64,000 nucleotides of DNA, from assembly GCA_963843145.1 (NCBI GenBank), contig CAWJJC010000028.1:608001-672000 (forward strand), written 5' to 3'. Below the pieces are notes generated by a model that had not been told where the DNA came from, searched no databases, and saw nothing but the letters and a program-made list of their open reading frames with translations. Below, in pieces: positions 60,311 to 64,000 of the stretch (the stretch's first letter is position 1; each line of letters starts with the position of its first letter). The stretch comes from an uncultured delta proteobacterium (GTDB lineage: Bacteria > Desulfobacterota > RBG-13-43-22). Made by a program: the position numbers and the translations under genes.

Positions 60311-61531
60311 ATGAGGAGAGCGATAAAGAAAAAAAGCTTGTTGCTTGTTTCAGTTACCATTCTTTTAAGCTTATGCTGTTTTGGAGCCCTTTGGGCCGCG
60401 GAACCGATCAAGATCGGGTTTGTGGCCTCCATTACCGGAGGAGCTTCATTCCTTGGTGAACCGGAGAAAAATACCGCGGTGATGCTCCAGGAATGGGTAA
60501 ATAAAGCGGGCGGGATCAACGGGACCCCGCTGGAAATCATCATCGAGGATTCCAAGACCGACCCCAGCCAAGCCGTACTGGCCACCAAGAAACTGATCGA
60601 ACGGGACAAAGTGACGGCCATTATCGGATCCTCAACTTCGGGTGAATCCATGGCTATGGCCCCTATTTGTGAAAAGGCCCAGATTCCTATGGTTTCCATG
60701 GCGGCCGCTTCGCAGATCGTAACTCCAGCCGACGAGTATAAAAGAATTATGGAAAGCCCCAAGGCGGCCACGGAAGTTCCCAAAGTGCAGCGGCCCTGGA
60801 TTTTCAAGACTCCGCAGACCGATACCTCCGCCGTTGAGGCCATTTATCACTACATGAAGAAAAAGGGGCTGACCAAGGTGGGGATCATCACCGTCAGTGA
60901 TGGGTTTGGGGATTCCGGGCGGAAGGAACTTAAACGTCTGGCGCCCAAGTACGGAATGAACATCGTGGCCGATGAAGTCTACGGCCCCAAAGATTCGGAT
61001 ATGACCGCCCAACTTACCAAAATCAAGGGCAGCGGCGCTCAGGCGGTCATCAACTGGTCGGTCGGCCCGACCCAGGTCGTGGTGACCAAGAACTGGAAGG
61101 CCCTGGCCATGGGAATGCCCCTCTATCAAAGCCACGGTTTCGGCAGCAAAAAGAATATCGAACTGGCCGGCGGGGCGGCTGAAGGAGTCCTCTGTCCTCT
61201 GGGACGTCTGGTTATTTGGGAAAAACTTTCCAAATCCAATCCCCAGTACCCTGTCCTTTCCAAGTATGCCACCGAATACGAGAAAAAGTTTAAATCCGAA
61301 GTCTCGACCTTTGGCGGCCATGCCTATGACGCCATCATGATGGTTGAGGCGGCCTTGAAGAAGGAAGGCCCCGACAAGGCGAAGATTCGGAATTTTCTGG
61401 AAAACAACATCAAAAATTGGCCGGGTACCGGCGGGATATTCAACATGTCGGCGTCCGATCACACCGGGCTGGACCTGACCGCCTTCGATATGATCCAGGT
61501 GGCCAAGGGCGACTGGGAGATCGCCAAGTAA
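60311..61531 (+). CDS. Branched-chain amino acid-type ABC substrate-binding protein
   Basis: Signal peptide, IKIG, GGINGTPLEIIIED, HAYDA. Confidence 0.93.
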   Translation: MRRAIKKKSLLLVSVTILLSLCCFGALWAAEPIKIGFVASITGGASFLGEPEKNTAVMLQEWVNKAGGINGTPLEIIIEDSKTDPSQAVLATKKLIERDKVTAIIGSSTSGESMAMAPICEKAQIPMVSMAAASQIVTPADEYKRIMESPKAATEVPKVQRPWIFKTPQTDTSAVEAIYHYMKKKGLTKVGIITVSDGFGDSGRKELKRLAPKYGMNIVADEVYGPKDSDMTAQLTKIKGSGAQAVINWSVGPTQVVVTKNWKALAMGMPLYQSHGFGSKKNIELAGGAAEGVLCPLGRLVIWEKLSKSNPQYPVLSKYATEYEKKFKSEVSTFGGHAYDAIMMVEAALKKEGPDKAKIRNFLENNIKNWPGTGGIFNMSASDHTGLDLTAFDMIQVAKGDWEIAK

Positions 61532-61599
61532 TCAAAACAAATGGAAAACCCAAAGGGCCTGTCCAAGGAGGATGGTTTCTTGGACAGGTCCCTTGGGCC

Positions 61600-61830
61600 T
61601 TAATACGAAAATAATATCAGGCACCACACTGGGCCTTTGTTTTTGCCGTCATGCCGGACGCGATAAGCCTGCCCCGGCAGGTAGTAAGCCGGGGGCATCC
61701 AGGGTAGTTGAGGCTTAGCCGAATCCTGGATTCCGGATCGCGCTTCGTTTGTCCGGAATGACGAGCTGACTCGACCCGTTTAAAGCCTATTTTCATGCTT
61801 CGCGGGTACCTGATGGTGCCCGGGTTGTTA
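61600..61830 (+). mobile_element. TTAATACGAAAATA...TATTTTCATGCTTCG mini-element with nested REP, inside the ABC operon
   Basis: Same ends as 6754 and 23151; REP at 61647-61763. Confidence 0.65.
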
Positions 61831-61871
61831 TCGTAACCTATGAATTTTCCAAACCAGCAAAAAGCCTGACC

Positions 61872-62765
61872 ATGGATCTACAAAGCCAGATCGTTCAATA
61901 TTTGGTGACCGGATTGACCTTGGGCAGTATCTACGCCATGGTAGCCCTGGGATTTACCATTATTTATAACGCCACCAGCATCATCAACTTGGCCCAGGGG
62001 GAGTTCGTGATGTTCGGCGGGCTGATCATGGTTTTTCTGACCACGACCCTCCACCTGCCCCTGGTGGCCGGGTTTATCCTCACTCTGCTCATTGTTACCG
62101 GTATTGGCGCTTTGTATGAACGGCTCTTTATCAATCCCTCCAAAAATGCCCCCTTGATGACCCTGCTGATCATTACCGTGGCGGTTTCCATCTTTTTTCG
62201 GGGCATCGCCATGTTCATCTGGGGGAAGGATTCCTATAGCTTGCCTTCATTCTCTTCGGGTAAACCGATCATAATCTTTGGCGCTGCGGTGCTGCCCCAG
62301 GTGTTTTGGGTCCTGGGGTTATCCCTCCTGGCGGTTATTCTGATGAACCTATTCTTTAACCGGACCATCACCGGCAAGGCCATGAGCGCCTGCGCCGGGA
62401 ACCGTCTGGCCGCCAGTCTGGTCGGAATCAATGTCTCCAAGATGGTCCTTCTTTCCTTTGCCTTGAGCGCCACCCTGGGGGCCCTGGCCGGGGCGGCCAT
62501 CACTCCGATTACCCTGATGGAGTACGACCGCGGGCCGCTGCTGGCTTTAAAAGGTTTCTGCGCCGCCGTTCTGGGAGGACTGGGTTTTGGAACCGGCGCC
62601 GTGGTGGCCGGTTTTATCATCGGTATCATTGAATCTTTCTCGGCGGGTTACATCTCCTCGGGGTTTAAAGACGCCATCGCTCTGGTTATCCTGATTCTGG
62701 TGCTCTTCGTCAAACCCAGCGGGCTCTTCGGCAGCCGGGAAGTGGGTAAGATCAAAAAAATCTAG
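61872..62765 (+). CDS. livH: Branched-chain amino acid ABC permease (LivH-like)
   Basis: GSIYAMVALGFTII, INLAQGEF, KPSGLFG. Confidence 0.92.
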   Translation: MDLQSQIVQYLVTGLTLGSIYAMVALGFTIIYNATSIINLAQGEFVMFGGLIMVFLTTTLHLPLVAGFILTLLIVTGIGALYERLFINPSKNAPLMTLLIITVAVSIFFRGIAMFIWGKDSYSLPSFSSGKPIIIFGAAVLPQVFWVLGLSLLAVILMNLFFNRTITGKAMSACAGNRLAASLVGINVSKMVLLSFALSATLGALAGAAITPITLMEYDRGPLLALKGFCAAVLGGLGFGTGAVVAGFIIGIIESFSAGYISSGFKDAIALVILILVLFVKPSGLFGSREVGKIKKI

Positions 62766-62792
62766 TCAATCCGAATTACTCAAGGATTTTTA

Positions 62793-63743
62793 ATGGGCAA
62801 GCAGAATTATCTGAAACTCTTGGGGCTGAGCATTGTGATGGCCTTGATTCCCCTGGTTATCCGGGGGGATTATTACCTGACGGTTTTCATTTTCATGGGC
62901 ATCAACAGCCTGGTAGTGATCGGATTAAGTCTGCTAATGGGGTATGCCGGCCAGATTTCCCTGGGGCATGCTGCCTTTTACGGCATAGGGGCCTATGCCA
63001 CCGGTATTTTGACTACGCATTATCACTTTTCCATTTTCAGCGCTTTTTTCATGGGGATTGTTTTATCCATAATAACCGCCATTATTATTGGGATCCCCGC
63101 CTTGCGGTTGTCCGGCCATTATCTGGCGGTGGCCACGCTGGGCATCGGGGAAATCGTCTTTATTATTTTTAACGAGTTGGCCGAATTGACCGGAGGTCCT
63201 TTGGGCCTCTCCAATATTCCCGGGATCCAGATCTTCGGGTTTAAGTTCAACACCAGTTTTAGGTTTTACTACCTGGTCTGGGCCGTCCTCATCCTGGTCC
63301 TCTGGTTTACCTTGAACCTGATTTACTCGCGGGTGGGGCGGGCCCTGCGCTCCATGCACGGCAGCGAGGTGGCGGCCAATGCCATGGGGGTCAACCTGAC
63401 CATGCTGAAGATCCAGGTCTTTGTGTTGAGCGCCGTCTACGCCTCCATTGCCGGGAGCCTGTATGCCCATTTCGTCACCTATATCGCCCCCACAAACTTC
63501 GGCCTTATGGTCTCCATCATGTTTTTGATGATGGGGGTTATCGGCGGGATCCAAACCCTCTGGGGTTCCCTTTTGGGGGCCAGTCTGCTGACCTACCTTC
63601 CGGAATATCTCCGGATCTTTAATGAATATGATATCCTGATCTATGGGGCCATTCTTTTGGGCATCCTCCTCTTTATGCCGGAAGGTTTTCTGGAAGGGAT
63701 TCCCAGGCTTTTCAGAAAAATGCTGAAGCGAGGCAGGGCCTGA
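62793..63743 (+). CDS. livM: Branched-chain amino acid ABC permease (LivM-like)
   Basis: GYAGQISLGHAAFYGIGAY, LSGHYLAVATL. Confidence 0.92.
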   Translation: MGKQNYLKLLGLSIVMALIPLVIRGDYYLTVFIFMGINSLVVIGLSLLMGYAGQISLGHAAFYGIGAYATGILTTHYHFSIFSAFFMGIVLSIITAIIIGIPALRLSGHYLAVATLGIGEIVFIIFNELAELTGGPLGLSNIPGIQIFGFKFNTSFRFYYLVWAVLILVLWFTLNLIYSRVGRALRSMHGSEVAANAMGVNLTMLKIQVFVLSAVYASIAGSLYAHFVTYIAPTNFGLMVSIMFLMMGVIGGIQTLWGSLLGASLLTYLPEYLRIFNEYDILIYGAILLGILLFMPEGFLEGIPRLFRKMLKRGRA

Positions 63744-63745
63744 TC

Positions 63746-64000
63746 TTGGCAGAAACCTTATTAAAAGTGGATAACGTCAAGAAGGTCTTCGGCGGGCTGA
63801 TGGCTATCGCCGATCTTTCTTTTGAGGTAAAAACCGGGCAGATCAAGTCGGTGATCGGCCCGAACGGGGCCGGGAAGACGACCCTGTTTAATTTGATCAC
63901 CGGAGTCCATCCCGCGACCAACGGGGAGATTATCTTCCAAAACCGCCGCATAGACCGACTCAAACCCTACGAGATTGCTTCCCTGGGGATTTCCCGGACC
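63746..64000 (+). CDS. livG: ABC ATP-binding protein (LivG-like), 3' truncated by window edge
   Basis: TTG start; KVFGGL..IGPNGAGKTTLFNLITG..GISRT. Confidence 0.9.
   Translation, partial: MAETLLKVDNVKKVFGGLMAIADLSFEVKTGQIKSVIGPNGAGKTTLFNLITGVHPATNGEIIFQNRRIDRLKPYEIASLGISRT

Noticed and set aside
1-64000. tRNA, rRNA, CRISPR-cas or intact transposase/integrase genes
   Set aside because: None recognised by eye; a tRNAscan/Rfam run would be needed to exclude small RNAs

Overview
A 64-kb chromosomal segment from an anaerobic bacterium. Gene content suggests Desulfobacterota/deltaproteobacteria (inference). Core content: PAS/GAF and membrane histidine kinases, diheme-type fumarate reductase frdCAB, USP, DedA, FtsH, a MacAB-type ABC exporter, CinA, and a ~20-kb TetR-headed acyl-CoA catabolic cluster. 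That cluster has 5 acyl-CoA dehydrogenases, a 3-component biotin carboxylase, 2 crotonases, MaoC-SCP2, FadN/FadA and a BKACE. Further on are an aldehyde:ferredoxin oxidoreductase with MoaD, a 14-repeat beta-propeller surface protein, an MFS transporter, CspA, an XRE-cupin regulator and a liv-type ABC operon. Accessory parts: vapBC, an orphan IS21 end, a decayed integron (intI fragment plus first cassette) beside a TA cluster bounded by a duplication, and many nested palindromic miniature elements. The most novel-looking signals are: (i) a family of cassette-like mini-elements whose joined ends rebuild a structurally conserved hairpin; (ii) a Y-[LF]-P-[LV]-I-x-K motif shared by three unrelated secreted proteins; (iii) a 5-Cys insert in a kinase ATPase domain; (iv) an isoprenoid/sterol-side-chain-like pathway with a probable heteromeric ACAD pair and BKACE; (v) a candidate structured ncRNA near 53.6 kb. 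At least five genes carry single +1 frameshifts, probably sequencing or consensus errors. All family assignments come from motif recognition by eye; no database search was run.
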